DNA of 57,438 nt. Origin: a virus. The DNA lies in the IMG/VR virus record IMGVR_UViG_3300032356_000001, one strand, 5' to 3'. A model generated the notes under the pieces. That model was given only the letters and a program-made list of their open reading frames with translations. It was not told where the DNA came from and did not search any database. A program made the position numbers and the translations under genes. Positions 1 to 8,226 of this stretch are shown here, piece after piece; positions within the stretch are counted from its first letter, which is position 1; each line of letters starts with the position of its first letter.

Positions 1-127
1 CGCCCCAGCCCTACGGATTGGGCAGAGGTGAGGGAAGTCGAAGAATCGGCGGGGGCAGCAGGTATGGCGACAGGCGTGCGCCCCCGCCGTCGCGAGGTGT
101 GTATGACCGATGGAAGGCAAGCCTCCT
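1..127. repeat. Terminal overlap: 1-127 is identical to 57312-57438 (circular-contig signature; unique genome about 57,311 bp)
   Basis: Read directly: both ends spell cgccccagccctacggattggg...gatggaaggcaagcctcct. Confidence 0.95.
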
Positions 128-191
128 CGAACCGCTCGAATCCGATGCGACTTATAGGTCTCCCACATCATCCGTCCTTCCGTGCCCTATC

Positions 192-221
192 ACTATACCA
201 TTTCCGCTCGCGCCGAGTCAA
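192..221 (-). promoter_or_regulatory. Sigma70-type promoter TTGACT-18nt-TATAGT (TGG-extended -10) firing leftward across the contig junction
   Basis: Minus strand reads gacTTGACTcggcgcgagcggaaatggTATAGTgatagg; overlaps the stop codon of CDS 193-879. Confidence 0.6.
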
Positions 222-879
222 GTCTCTTCCGACTCACGCGGTCGAGGCGTCGATATCTGTGGTAGTCATCGAGGAGCGTGGTGATGGGCACGCCGAGCGC
301 CTGCGCGATGCGCTCGATGGTATCGAGCGAGTTCGGCAGCACGCCGTACCGTTCCCACTTGCTCAGCGTATAGTTCTGCACTTGGGCGCGGCGCGCCAGC
401 TCCTCGACGCTCAACTTGCGCTCCAGTCGCAAGTCGCGCAGTACCGTCGACTCGACAGGCGTGTAATCCATGTACCGCGTGCCGCGACGACCAAGTGGCG
501 GAACCGTCTCCCCGCGCTCCTGCGCCAAGACGCGCTCGCACATCTCGCGCGTCACATTCTCGATGAGCTGTTTCGCGAGCGCCTCATCGAGACGCGCGAG
601 CGACCGCGCGTAAACATAGATGTGGAGACACCGCGAGAACTCTTCGGGATACCGACGGATGCGCTCCGCGTTCCAGAAATTACCCGTCTGCTCCTGCAGC
701 CGCTTGTAGCGCCACAGGTACTGTGCAATTGTCGAGGTAGTTATCCGTACCGAATATTCATCCCATATCCAGTACGAAATCTCGCGAATCGTATACTTCT
801 CCTTCTCGCGCAGTTCGAGCATCTGCTCGAACAGCTGAGGGTGACTATGGTACAAGTCCCGAAACTCTCTGCGTCGCAT
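193..879 (-). CDS. HTH transcriptional regulator (C-terminal XRE/Cro-CI-type HTH, possible second N-terminal HTH); candidate phage repressor/regulator
   Basis: ORF 193-1041 trimmed to ATG 879, which lies 6 nt downstream of a minus-strand TGGTATAAT. The C-terminus LSVEELARRAQVQNYTLSKWERYGVLPNSLDTIERIAQALGV is a classic XRE HTH. Confidence 0.7.
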   Translation of the reverse strand: MRRREFRDLYHSHPQLFEQMLELREKEKYTIREISYWIWDEYSVRITTSTIAQYLWRYKRLQEQTGNFWNAERIRRYPEEFSRCLHIYVYARSLARLDEALAKQLIENVTREMCERVLAQERGETVPPLGRRGTRYMDYTPVESTVLRDLRLERKLSVEELARRAQVQNYTLSKWERYGVLPNSLDTIERIAQALGVPITTLLDDYHRYRRLDRVSRKRLDSARAEMV

Positions 880-880
880 G

Positions 881-927
881 CCTCTATTATACCACATCTC
901 AGCCTCTGTGATGGGGTATAATAGAGG
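881..927. promoter_or_regulatory. Divergent -10 promoter pair arranged as an imperfect inverted repeat (GCCTCTATTATACC / GGTATAATAGAGGGC)
   Basis: The minus-strand TATAAT (886-891) is 6 nt from ATG 879. The plus-strand TATAAT (917-922) is 7 nt from an ATG at 930. Confidence 0.6.
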
Positions 928-1058
928 GCATGAGGACACGGAATCGGACGATTTCGGGTCATCCCGAAAGCGGGGCTGCGCTGGGCGCAACGAGGACGCG
1001 CCACTGTGCCCGCACGGACGCGGGCTGCGCCTAACCGCCACATATGGAGGACACTGCC

Positions 1059-2174
1059 ATGAAAGTTCAGCTCAATCGCAAGCAGTTTGACGATGCGTTA
1101 AGCGTTGTAGCGGGCGCGGCGTCGGCGCGCGCCTCGTTGCCCATACTCAGCCACCTCTATATCGAAGCGCAAAGCGACACCTTGCGCCTGGTCGGCAGCG
1201 ACCTTGAGCAGTGGGTGGAGTGCCGCATTCCCGCACTGGTCGGCGAGGACGGCGCGACGACGCTGCCCGCGCGCCTGCTGACCGAGCTGGTCGACTCGCT
1301 CGGTGGCGAGGACATCCACATCGAATCGGACGAGCGTTACCAAGCCATCCTGACCTGCGGCGACTCGCGCTACCAGCTGATGGGGCTGCTCGCCGAAGAG
1401 TACCCACCCATCCCCGACATCGAATCGTCCAGCGAACTCGCGCTGCCCGCCAAGCTGTTTCTGGAAATGGTCGAGTCAGTGGGGTTTGCCGTGCCCAAAG
1501 AGGGAATTAACCAGACACTGACGGGCATCCGCATGGAGTTCGAGGGCGACACGCTGCGCTTGGCGGCGACCGACACGCATCGCCTCGCCGTGCGCACGGC
1601 GCGTATCGATTCGGGCGCAGGCGAGCCGACCGCCGCGATTGTGCCTCTGAAAGCCATCCAGCTTGTGCGGAAAATCCCCGCAGGCGAGATGATTACTCTG
1701 CAACTGGGGCAGCATCGCGCCGCGTTTCTGGGCGAGAACGCCGCCGTCTACACGCAGCTGATTGAGGGACAGTACCCGAACTACCAGCGCGTGATTCCGC
1801 AGGAGTTCACTCGCCGCTGGGTGCTAATGGTGAAGGAGTTCCGCGACGCGCTGCGCCGCGCCCACCTCATCGCTAAGAACAACTCCACTGACGGTCACAA
1901 GACCTACACCAGCAAGGTCTATCTGCGCACTGAGAGCGATAGGCTGGTCATCACAGCGCAGAGCTGCGTCGGCGAGGCTAAGGAGACGATCGGTCTGGTG
2001 CGCGAAGGCGACGACCTCGAAATCACCTTCAACGCCAAGTATCTGCTCGATATGCTGGATGTGCTGGAGAGCGAAGAGGTTGCCGTCGAACTCACCGAGT
2101 CGTTGCGACCCGCCGTCTTCAGACCCGCTGATCAAACCGATTACCTGTGCGTGATTATGCCGATGTCGAAGTAA
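1059..2174 (+). CDS. dnaN: DNA polymerase III beta subunit (sliding clamp)
   Basis: N-terminus MKVQLNRKQFDDALSVV..ASLPILSHLYIEAQSDTLRLVGSDLEQ, about 370 aa with three-domain length. GGAGGA SD sits 7 nt upstream of ATG 1059. Confidence 0.9.
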   Translation: MKVQLNRKQFDDALSVVAGAASARASLPILSHLYIEAQSDTLRLVGSDLEQWVECRIPALVGEDGATTLPARLLTELVDSLGGEDIHIESDERYQAILTCGDSRYQLMGLLAEEYPPIPDIESSSELALPAKLFLEMVESVGFAVPKEGINQTLTGIRMEFEGDTLRLAATDTHRLAVRTARIDSGAGEPTAAIVPLKAIQLVRKIPAGEMITLQLGQHRAAFLGENAAVYTQLIEGQYPNYQRVIPQEFTRRWVLMVKEFRDALRRAHLIAKNNSTDGHKTYTSKVYLRTESDRLVITAQSCVGEAKETIGLVREGDDLEITFNAKYLLDMLDVLESEEVAVELTESLRPAVFRPADQTDYLCVIMPMSK

Positions 2175-2205
2175 TTCAGTAAGGCGCGTTATTAGGAGGA
2201 ACAAG

Positions 2206-3477
2206 ATGGCTGGTATGCAACTGAAAATCGATGAGACCATCCGCAGGGTACTTATGCCTCTGCGCGACGACGAACTGCAACTGCTGGAACAGTCGGTACT
2301 CGCCGAAGGCATCCGCGACCCGCTTGTCGCATGGAACCGCAACGGCGAATATGTGCTACTGGACGGACACCACCGCTACCAGCTTGCACATAAGCACGGA
2401 CTCACTTTCAGCACGATTGGTCTGCAGTTCAACAGCCGCGAGGAGGCGATTCAGTGGATACTCCAAAACCAGCTCGCCAGACGCAACCTGACCGACGAGC
2501 AGCGCACCATCGTCATCGGACGCTACTACAATATGCTCAAGCGAGCGCCTCATCGTCCCGCCGATAAGGGTGACAATTTGTCACCCTTATCCGAGTCGGG
2601 CAAGACGGCGGAGCAGGTCGCGACGGTCTTCGGCGTCGACTCGCGCACGGTCTATCGCGCCGCGGAGTTCGCTGATGCGTTCGAACAGTTAGAGTCGGTC
2701 TCGCCTGAGGCGGCGCGTCGCGTCGAATCGGGCGAAGTCAAGGACGCGAAGACCATGCTCCCGAAAATCGAGCCCGACCTGCTGCCGAAGGTCGCTGAGC
2801 GCATCGCAAGAGGCGAGACGCGCGTGCAAGACGCCGTCGAACGCATCCGACGCGAGGAGCGACAGACCACGAGACCTGTCTTGCAGGGCGTCTACGACGG
2901 ACTCGACATCCGACGCGGCGACTTCCGCGAAGTGCTGGCAGACCTGCCCGATCGTTCCGTCGACATCATCCTGACTGACCCGCCATACACGCAGGAGTAT
3001 CTCCCGCTCTGGGATGACCTCGGCGCGTTCGCCGCGCGGGTACTCAAACCGACGGGCGTGCTGCTTGCCTATAGCGGGCAGCTCCATCTCCCGCAGGTCA
3101 TCGCGATGCTCACCCAGCACCTGCGCTGGTGGTGGATGTGTGCTATCCAGCATACAGGCGCAAGTGGATACATCGTCGCAGGTGGACGACGCATCATCAA
3201 CGACTGGAAACCGCTCCTGATACTCACCCCGCGCGATGCGCCGCCGCTCAACGCGCAGTTTAACGATCTCATCGAAGGCGGTGGGCGGCAGAAGGAACTC
3301 CATAACTGGGAGCAGTCGACCGACGAGGCGGTGCGCATCCTGCAGACCTTCGGCAACCCTGACGCGCTCGTCGTCGACCCGTTCGCAGGCAGCGGGAGCT
3401 TCGGACGCGCCGCGCTGCAGGCGGGCATGCGATTCATCGGCGCGGAAATCCTCGCCACGGAAGGAGAGAGCCGATGA
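2206..3477 (+). CDS. ParB-N (ParB/Srx) domain fused to an N6/N4 DNA methyltransferase
   Basis: N-terminal GIRDPLVAWNRNGEYVLLDGHHRYQLA (ParB-like). C-terminal half has DIILTDPPYTQEY and VVDPFAGSGSFG SAM-binding motifs. AGGAGGA SD present. Confidence 0.85.
   Translation: MAGMQLKIDETIRRVLMPLRDDELQLLEQSVLAEGIRDPLVAWNRNGEYVLLDGHHRYQLAHKHGLTFSTIGLQFNSREEAIQWILQNQLARRNLTDEQRTIVIGRYYNMLKRAPHRPADKGDNLSPLSESGKTAEQVATVFGVDSRTVYRAAEFADAFEQLESVSPEAARRVESGEVKDAKTMLPKIEPDLLPKVAERIARGETRVQDAVERIRREERQTTRPVLQGVYDGLDIRRGDFREVLADLPDRSVDIILTDPPYTQEYLPLWDDLGAFAARVLKPTGVLLAYSGQLHLPQVIAMLTQHLRWWWMCAIQHTGASGYIVAGGRRIINDWKPLLILTPRDAPPLNAQFNDLIEGGGRQKELHNWEQSTDEAVRILQTFGNPDALVVDPFAGSGSFGRAALQAGMRFIGAEILATEGESR
2564..2590. 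promoter_or_regulatory. 27-bp perfect palindrome ATAAGGGTGACAAtTTGTCACCCTTAT inside the ParB-MTase ORF; its 26-bp core recurs at 37661-37686
   Basis: Read directly; arms are exact reverse complements around a central T. Confidence 0.8.
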
Positions 3478-3484
3478 GACGCCG

Positions 3485-3490
3485 TATAAT
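3485..3490 (+). promoter_or_regulatory. -10 box (cCGTATAATTg), leaderless class
   Basis: TATAAT lies 8 nt upstream of ATG 3499. Confidence 0.55.
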
Positions 3491-3498
3491 TGCACAGG

Positions 3499-4029
3499 AT
3501 GCGCCGAGACGAGGTGTTCAAGGCGTTACATCAGCGACTCGCGCCGTCCAACTACTACGCTCTCGACGCGGACTTGATCCTCGTCGAGAAGATACCGCCA
3601 GCGACGGTCTATGTCGTCGCGCACCTCGAATTCAAGATGGGCGCGGAGTCCATCACCTTCACCCAAGCGGTCTATTTCAACCAGCTGGTCTCCGCGCCCG
3701 TGCCGTGGCGCGTGCCCGTCTACATCATCCGCGCACGCGAGCCCTACGACATGCCGCCGACGGAAGTGACTCGTCTCTCTTACGATTACTGTCGACACGC
3801 GCGAGAGACCCATCGATTCGATGTGGTAGAATACCTGTATGGAGACTGGAAGCCTGAGCCGCCGCGCGTCGGCGTCGCCACTATCGCGGAGGATATCGGA
3901 TGGCGCGAACTCGTAGAATGGGAACGGGAACTGAGACGAGCCAGACGCGCACAACTCGCGCCCTACATCGACGCGGGCTGGCAAACAAGGCACGAAACGA
4001 CGCAACTCCAGATGGTGCGAGTCGGGTAG
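3499..4029 (+). CDS. Hypothetical protein; possible PD-(D/E)xK-like motif (LDADLILVEK ... VAHLEFK)
   Basis: ORF 3490-4029 trimmed to the first ATG; leaderless context. Confidence 0.6.
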   Translation: MRRDEVFKALHQRLAPSNYYALDADLILVEKIPPATVYVVAHLEFKMGAESITFTQAVYFNQLVSAPVPWRVPVYIIRAREPYDMPPTEVTRLSYDYCRHARETHRFDVVEYLYGDWKPEPPRVGVATIAEDIGWRELVEWERELRRARRAQLAPYIDAGWQTRHETTQLQMVRVG

Positions 4030-4040
4030 CCGCTGAAGGC

Positions 4041-4409
4041 GTGAGCGAACGGCATCTGCAGAACGCCATCGTCAAAGCCGCGCGACTGCTCGGATGGCTC
4101 GTACACCACACGCGACCCGCGCTCAGCCAAACAGGACGCTGGCATACACCCCTGCAAGGACATACGGGGTTTCCTGACCTCGTGCTGGTCTACCCCGCAC
4201 AAAGCGAGAACGAACAGACCGCTATCATCTTCGCCGAACTCAAGTCTGAGCAAGGGCGAGTCTCCGATGCGCAACGCCGCTGGCAAGAGGCGCTCATGCA
4301 AGCGCAGGAGGTAGAATACTACATATGGCGACCGAGCGACCTACCGAGCATCCTCGCACGATTAGAGCGGCGGAACAAATCGCCACGCTCGTCCGAGAGG
4401 GAGACCTGA
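4041..4409 (+). CDS. VRR-NUC domain nuclease
   Basis: Motifs GFPDLVLVYP ... AIIFAELKSEQGRVSDAQRRWQ (D..ExK core). No in-frame ATG, so GTG 4041 is the assumed start. Confidence 0.7.
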   Translation: MSERHLQNAIVKAARLLGWLVHHTRPALSQTGRWHTPLQGHTGFPDLVLVYPAQSENEQTAIIFAELKSEQGRVSDAQRRWQEALMQAQEVEYYIWRPSDLPSILARLERRNKSPRSSERET

Positions 4410-4627
4410 TGGGCGCTATGACACTTCTCCAGCGGTATGACTGCGATGCGCAAATCTATGGCAAAGGTGGACTCATCCGCGTCTCGCGCGACCACGAGAT
4501 CGCGCTGCTCGCTACCTTCAACCCCATGCAGAAACTCCTCGCCGACATCGCGCGAGTCATAGGCGCGCCTCTGCCGCAACACGCAGGGCCATGCAACTGC
4601 CCCGATAGGGAGGTCTTCAACGGGTGA
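4409..4627 (+). CDS. Hypothetical protein (72 aa)
   Basis: ATG 4409 overlaps the upstream TGA (TGATG). GAGGGAG SD sits 6-12 nt upstream. Confidence 0.5.
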   Translation: MGAMTLLQRYDCDAQIYGKGGLIRVSRDHEIALLATFNPMQKLLADIARVIGAPLPQHAGPCNCPDREVFNG

Positions 4628-4965
4628 GACGACTATTGCACCTGAAGTTTGTGCAGACCTGCTACGCTGAAGAGGAACTCCGACGGCTCGTCGCCACGCG
4701 AGGGTACAGCGTCGTCTGCCGCGAATCCACACAACCGCTCCAGTTCACCGTCTACGATCCCGTCACCCCAGAGGAGGCGGACACCGTCATCGAGTTAGAC
4801 CCGCTGAGCGAACGGCGCACAGGCGACTTCGACCTCGCCGTGTACGCACTCTACAGACCCAACACCGCCGTGCGGTTCAACAGCGACTTCCTCGTCGCCG
4901 TCGTGTTCGACTGCATCGCACGCAATATCGCTCAGAAGAGTCGACCCGCGCCCAGCGAGGCATAG
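4624..4965 (+). CDS. Hypothetical protein (113 aa)
   Basis: GTG start overlaps the upstream stop (GTGA); no recognisable motif. Confidence 0.45.
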   Translation: MRRLLHLKFVQTCYAEEELRRLVATRGYSVVCRESTQPLQFTVYDPVTPEEADTVIELDPLSERRTGDFDLAVYALYRPNTAVRFNSDFLVAVVFDCIARNIAQKSRPAPSEA

Positions 4966-5606
4966 GCCGTGCCGTTGACGCCTATTGTCAGCGAGCCAAT
5001 CTCGACCCATGCGTCGGGTGTGTAATAGACGCCGCTGCCTGTGAGAGTCGCGCTGTGCGTCGCGGGCTCAATCGAGCCGTTCGTCAGCCGTCGCCTGCCT
5101 TCGATTATGAACGAGACATTGCCTGTATGCTCGATGCGCACGATGGTGCCTGCGTACTCGTTGGTATCGACCGAGAACCCCGCGGCGATCGGGTCAGCCT
5201 GCGTGTACCCATAGGCGAGAATCGGTTTGCCGCGCCCGCCGCGATAGGTCGCAAACAGCTCTGCGAACAGCGGATGGAGCAGCGCGTCCCACGGCGTCGA
5301 GTTCGTATTCTCGCGTTCCGCCCACAGCTCGATGGTCAGATAATCGTTCTGCGCCTCGCGACCGACGAGACGATTCAGCGTCATAATCATATGATGCAGC
5401 ACGCCGACGCCGACTCGCTCCGCGTCGCCTAACCGTTCCCATGTGTCCAGCGACCTGAGCAACTCCGCACGCACCTCGCGCGGAATCGACATCGCGCTCC
5501 AGTCGGATTCCAGTCCCGCAATCTCACCCGCGCCCGCCTGTAGCGCCGCCCGTACGGGCGCGTACCAGCGCACTATCCTATCCGTCGCACGCAATACCCA
5601 CTGCAT
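4932..5606 (-). CDS. Hypothetical protein (224 aa)
   Basis: ATG 5606 lies 8 nt downstream of the minus-strand GGTATAATT (5615-5620); convergent 34-nt overlap with CDS 4624-4965. Confidence 0.6.
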   Translation of the reverse strand: MQWVLRATDRIVRWYAPVRAALQAGAGEIAGLESDWSAMSIPREVRAELLRSLDTWERLGDAERVGVGVLHHMIMTLNRLVGREAQNDYLTIELWAERENTNSTPWDALLHPLFAELFATYRGGRGKPILAYGYTQADPIAAGFSVDTNEYAGTIVRIEHTGNVSFIIEGRRRLTNGSIEPATHSATLTGSGVYYTPDAWVEIGSLTIGVNGTAYASLGAGRLF

Positions 5607-5614
5607 GGCATGGA

Positions 5615-5635
5615 ATTATACCGCTCGCGTATAAT
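5615..5635. promoter_or_regulatory. Back-to-back divergent -10 boxes (ggAATTATAcc / cGTATAATTa)
   Basis: The minus-strand box serves ATG 5606. The plus-strand box (5630-5635) is 8 nt from ATG 5644. Confidence 0.6.
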
Positions 5636-5643
5636 TAGGCGAC

Positions 5644-5895
5644 ATGGCGCGACCACCCAAACGCTACTATCGGTACGAGACGGGCAAGTATGTGCGCGAG
5701 AAGCTGGGCGACAAGCGCGGATGCGAAGCCTACCGCACGAAGACCATCAAGTCAGGGCGCAAGCTACTCCTGTGCATCAAGTCGAGCGAGGGCGAACGCG
5801 GCGGGCGCACGAAGGGCGTCGCGCTCCTGCGCACTAAGAGTACCCCTAAAGGGCGAGCGCACTGGGACGACGCGGAAATCAAGAGAAGGCGGTGA
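5644..5895 (+). CDS. Small highly basic protein (83 aa), possibly nucleic-acid binding
   Basis: Leaderless ATG; K/R-rich sequence MARPPKRYYRYETGKYVREKLGDKRG... Confidence 0.55.
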   Translation: MARPPKRYYRYETGKYVREKLGDKRGCEAYRTKTIKSGRKLLLCIKSSEGERGGRTKGVALLRTKSTPKGRAHWDDAEIKRRR

Positions 5896-5898
5896 GTG

Positions 5899-6534
5899 AT
5901 GAGTTTCCAGCAGATTCACAGACCTGCTGACGGCGAACTCGTCACCGAGATGCGCAGTCTGCTAAGCCGAATCGCAGACCTGCGCCCGTTCTACCGCTAC
6001 GCCGCCAGTCGCATGCGTCAAGCGTTCCGCGAGAACTTCGCCGTCGGCGGACGACCCCCATGGCGACCGCTCGCTCCGTCGACCGTCGCAGCGAAACGCA
6101 TCATGGGGCTCCCTGCAGGGCTGCGCACGCCGTCGGGGCGCGTCCCGCGCCGACTCCTGCAGCGCGGGCAACTCAACGAGCGTACCATCCTCATCCTCAC
6201 AGGCGAGCTGCGCGACAGCGTCGCGCAGAAGAATCACCCACACCACATCACGCGCATCTCCAAAGACCGCGTCGAAGTCGGCACCTCGCATCCGCTCGCG
6301 CCCATCCACGAATTCGGCACGCGACCCTACTGGATCTACCCGCGACGCGCACGCGCACTCCGATTCGTTGATGCGAATGGACGCTGGGTGTATCGACGAC
6401 GCGTCTATCACCCTGGCGTGCCCGCGCGACCGTTCCTCAGGCTCACACAACAAGACGAGGACGACATCCACGACGCGCTCTTCGAATATCTTGTCGACGC
6501 CGTTATCCGACCCGACACAGAGGGACTGCTATGA
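5899..6534 (+). CDS. Phage virion morphogenesis protein (Mu gpG-like)
   Basis: WRPLAPSTVAAKR ... LILTGELRDSV ... VEVGTSHPLAPIHEFG matches the gpG/Phage_tail_S pattern. ATG 5899 (GTG 5896 also possible). Confidence 0.65.
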   Translation: MSFQQIHRPADGELVTEMRSLLSRIADLRPFYRYAASRMRQAFRENFAVGGRPPWRPLAPSTVAAKRIMGLPAGLRTPSGRVPRRLLQRGQLNERTILILTGELRDSVAQKNHPHHITRISKDRVEVGTSHPLAPIHEFGTRPYWIYPRRARALRFVDANGRWVYRRRVYHPGVPARPFLRLTQQDEDDIHDALFEYLVDAVIRPDTEGLL

Positions 6535-7325
6535 GTGACGAACTCCAACTCTGCACGGTCTACGAGAGCGATGTCTTCGACCTGCTCCGCAAGCTGCCCG
6601 ACCGCTCCGTCGACATGGTCTTTAGCGATCCCGACTACAATATGGGCATACGCTACAACGGGCGACGGCACAGGAAATCGTGGGACGACTACATCGACTG
6701 GTACATTCGGCTCGCGCGTGAGAGTCTGCGCGTGTTAAAAGACGATGGGAACGCTTTCTTCCTGAATATGCCGAAGCAGAACGCCTACCTGCGCGTGCGC
6801 TACCTCGACGACGCTTGCTACGATGTGCATGAGTACGCATGGTGCTACTCGCCCGATGTCGGGTTCAGCCCCTATCGGTTCACCACAGCGCACCGCACAA
6901 TCCTGCACGCGCGGAAGCAGAAGCGCACGCGCTGGTACAAGCACGCCGTCGTGCTGCCGTACAAGAACACGCGCGACAAGCGCATCCAGCGCACGCTCGC
7001 CGAAGGCTCGCCAGGACGCATGCCCTACGACTGGTTCCACATCGAGCTTGTCAAAGCAGGTTCGCGCGAGAAGACAATCCACCCGTGTCAGGTGCCGCGG
7101 CGGCTGTTTGAGCTGCTGCTCCGCGCGTCGACGCAGGAAGGCGACTTGGTGCTGGTGCTGTTCGGAGGCGCAGGCTCAGAAGTCGCTGTCTGCCATGAGC
7201 TGAATCGACGATGGCTCACTGCCGAAATCGACCCCGTGTACGCCGATCTGATTCGCAAGCGCGTCGCGCTCGGACGAATCCCAGACGAATACCGATGGCG
7301 ACCGAAAGGTACAATTCAGCGATGA
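6531..7325 (+). CDS. N6/N4 DNA methyltransferase (beta-class motif order)
   Basis: VDMVFSDPDYNMG (DPPY variant) followed by HPCQVPRRLFE..LVLVLFGGAGSE. Confidence 0.8.
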   Translation: MSDELQLCTVYESDVFDLLRKLPDRSVDMVFSDPDYNMGIRYNGRRHRKSWDDYIDWYIRLARESLRVLKDDGNAFFLNMPKQNAYLRVRYLDDACYDVHEYAWCYSPDVGFSPYRFTTAHRTILHARKQKRTRWYKHAVVLPYKNTRDKRIQRTLAEGSPGRMPYDWFHIELVKAGSREKTIHPCQVPRRLFELLLRASTQEGDLVLVLFGGAGSEVAVCHELNRRWLTAEIDPVYADLIRKRVALGRIPDEYRWRPKGTIQR

Positions 7326-8215
7326 GTGTCAAGTATCGTGTTTGGAAGGTGCGTCGGGATGGTGTGTCCCAGCGGTACAGGGTCGCGCCGACACGCGAGC
7401 ATAACGATGCGGTCACCGCAGTCATGAGCGGCGACCTCGCCAAGGCGAGATCGCGCAAGAAGCAGGAACTTGCACGGCAATTCCTGCAAGTCCCGTCGGT
7501 GCAGGAGTCGGTCTATCGCTCGCTGGTGCGACAGTATGAGGAAACAAACTCGACGGATGCGAAGCCGATGTTGTTCCTGAAATACTACTTGTCGCATGGG
7601 CATCCAGAGGCAGAGTCGCTGCTCGTGCGATTGGCGACCGAACCCTCCAACCTACATGTACGAGCCTCAGCTGTCCTTACGATGACGCTCTCTACGAATC
7701 CGCGTGTCCCGCGCTTGCTTCGCGAGGTTGCCGACAAGGCGCCCAACGAATGGACGGCTCGCTTCGCCATCGGCAAATTGGCAAGCTACCTTTTCATCAC
7801 GATGCAAGACATGATCGGTAAAGGAATCACGCCTGCAAGGGAGGCGGTACTCGATGCGATGGAGGCGCTCGGCATTGCGCTGCAAGGTAAGTGGGGCAGT
7901 CTCGAAGGCGAGATAACCTTCATCCTCGCCGCGTTGGACTACGAGCGGTGGAAATTCGAGAAGGCGGCTCACGGGCAGATACCCACTCGCGTTGAAAAGA
8001 CGGTTATCGACGGGCTGATGTCGCTTCTATCGTCAGGAGACTTGTCCACTGAGGTGTTCGATCGAACGCTAATAGTCATCAAGGAATGGCGATCAGAGTA
8101 CGCGCTCTCCAAGCTCCGTTCCTACTTGAGCGGTTCACTTCCGCACGAGCGTCGAGCGAAGGTTCTCGTCGCTATACAAGAGATAGAACACCGATCGAAG
8201 CGCAAGTCGAGATGA
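7322..8215 (+). CDS. HEAT-repeat protein, paralog 1, with the shared N-terminal tag MSVKYRVWKVRRDGVSQRYRVAPT
   Basis: ATG overlaps the methylase stop (ATGA). GGTACAATT (7310-7315) is 6 nt upstream. Repeats read LVRLATEPSNLHVRASAV..NPRVPRLLREVADKAPNEWTARFAI. Confidence 0.7.
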   Translation: MSVKYRVWKVRRDGVSQRYRVAPTREHNDAVTAVMSGDLAKARSRKKQELARQFLQVPSVQESVYRSLVRQYEETNSTDAKPMLFLKYYLSHGHPEAESLLVRLATEPSNLHVRASAVLTMTLSTNPRVPRLLREVADKAPNEWTARFAIGKLASYLFITMQDMIGKGITPAREAVLDAMEALGIALQGKWGSLEGEITFILAALDYERWKFEKAAHGQIPTRVEKTVIDGLMSLLSSGDLSTEVFDRTLIVIKEWRSEYALSKLRSYLSGSLPHERRAKVLVAIQEIEHRSKRKSR

Positions 8216-8226
8216 ACGTTGCGACG

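Noticed and set aside
1-127. The terminal repeat as a genuine biological direct terminal repeat (DTR).
   Set aside because: This cannot be distinguished from an assembler overlap. An exact 127-bp identity is the length typically left by a k=127 de Bruijn assembly of a circular molecule. It is reported only as evidence of closure.
28-921. Long plus-strand ORF (297 aa) opposite the regulator gene. Similar long antisense ORFs occur at 26363-27700, 29820-30686, 30661-32127, 32164-33423, 33120-34361, 36009-37088, 39300-40853 and 51528-52478.
   Set aside because: These are shadow ORFs typical of GC-rich DNA. They lie antisense to genes with clear motifs, their translations are Arg/Ala/Pro/His-rich low-complexity strings, and they lack an SD or promoter context.
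878-1090. 70-aa plus-strand ORF overlapping the divergent promoter region and the dnaN start.
   Set aside because: It starts inside the opposite gene and promoter and reads through the dnaN SD and ATG in another frame. It has no supporting signals.
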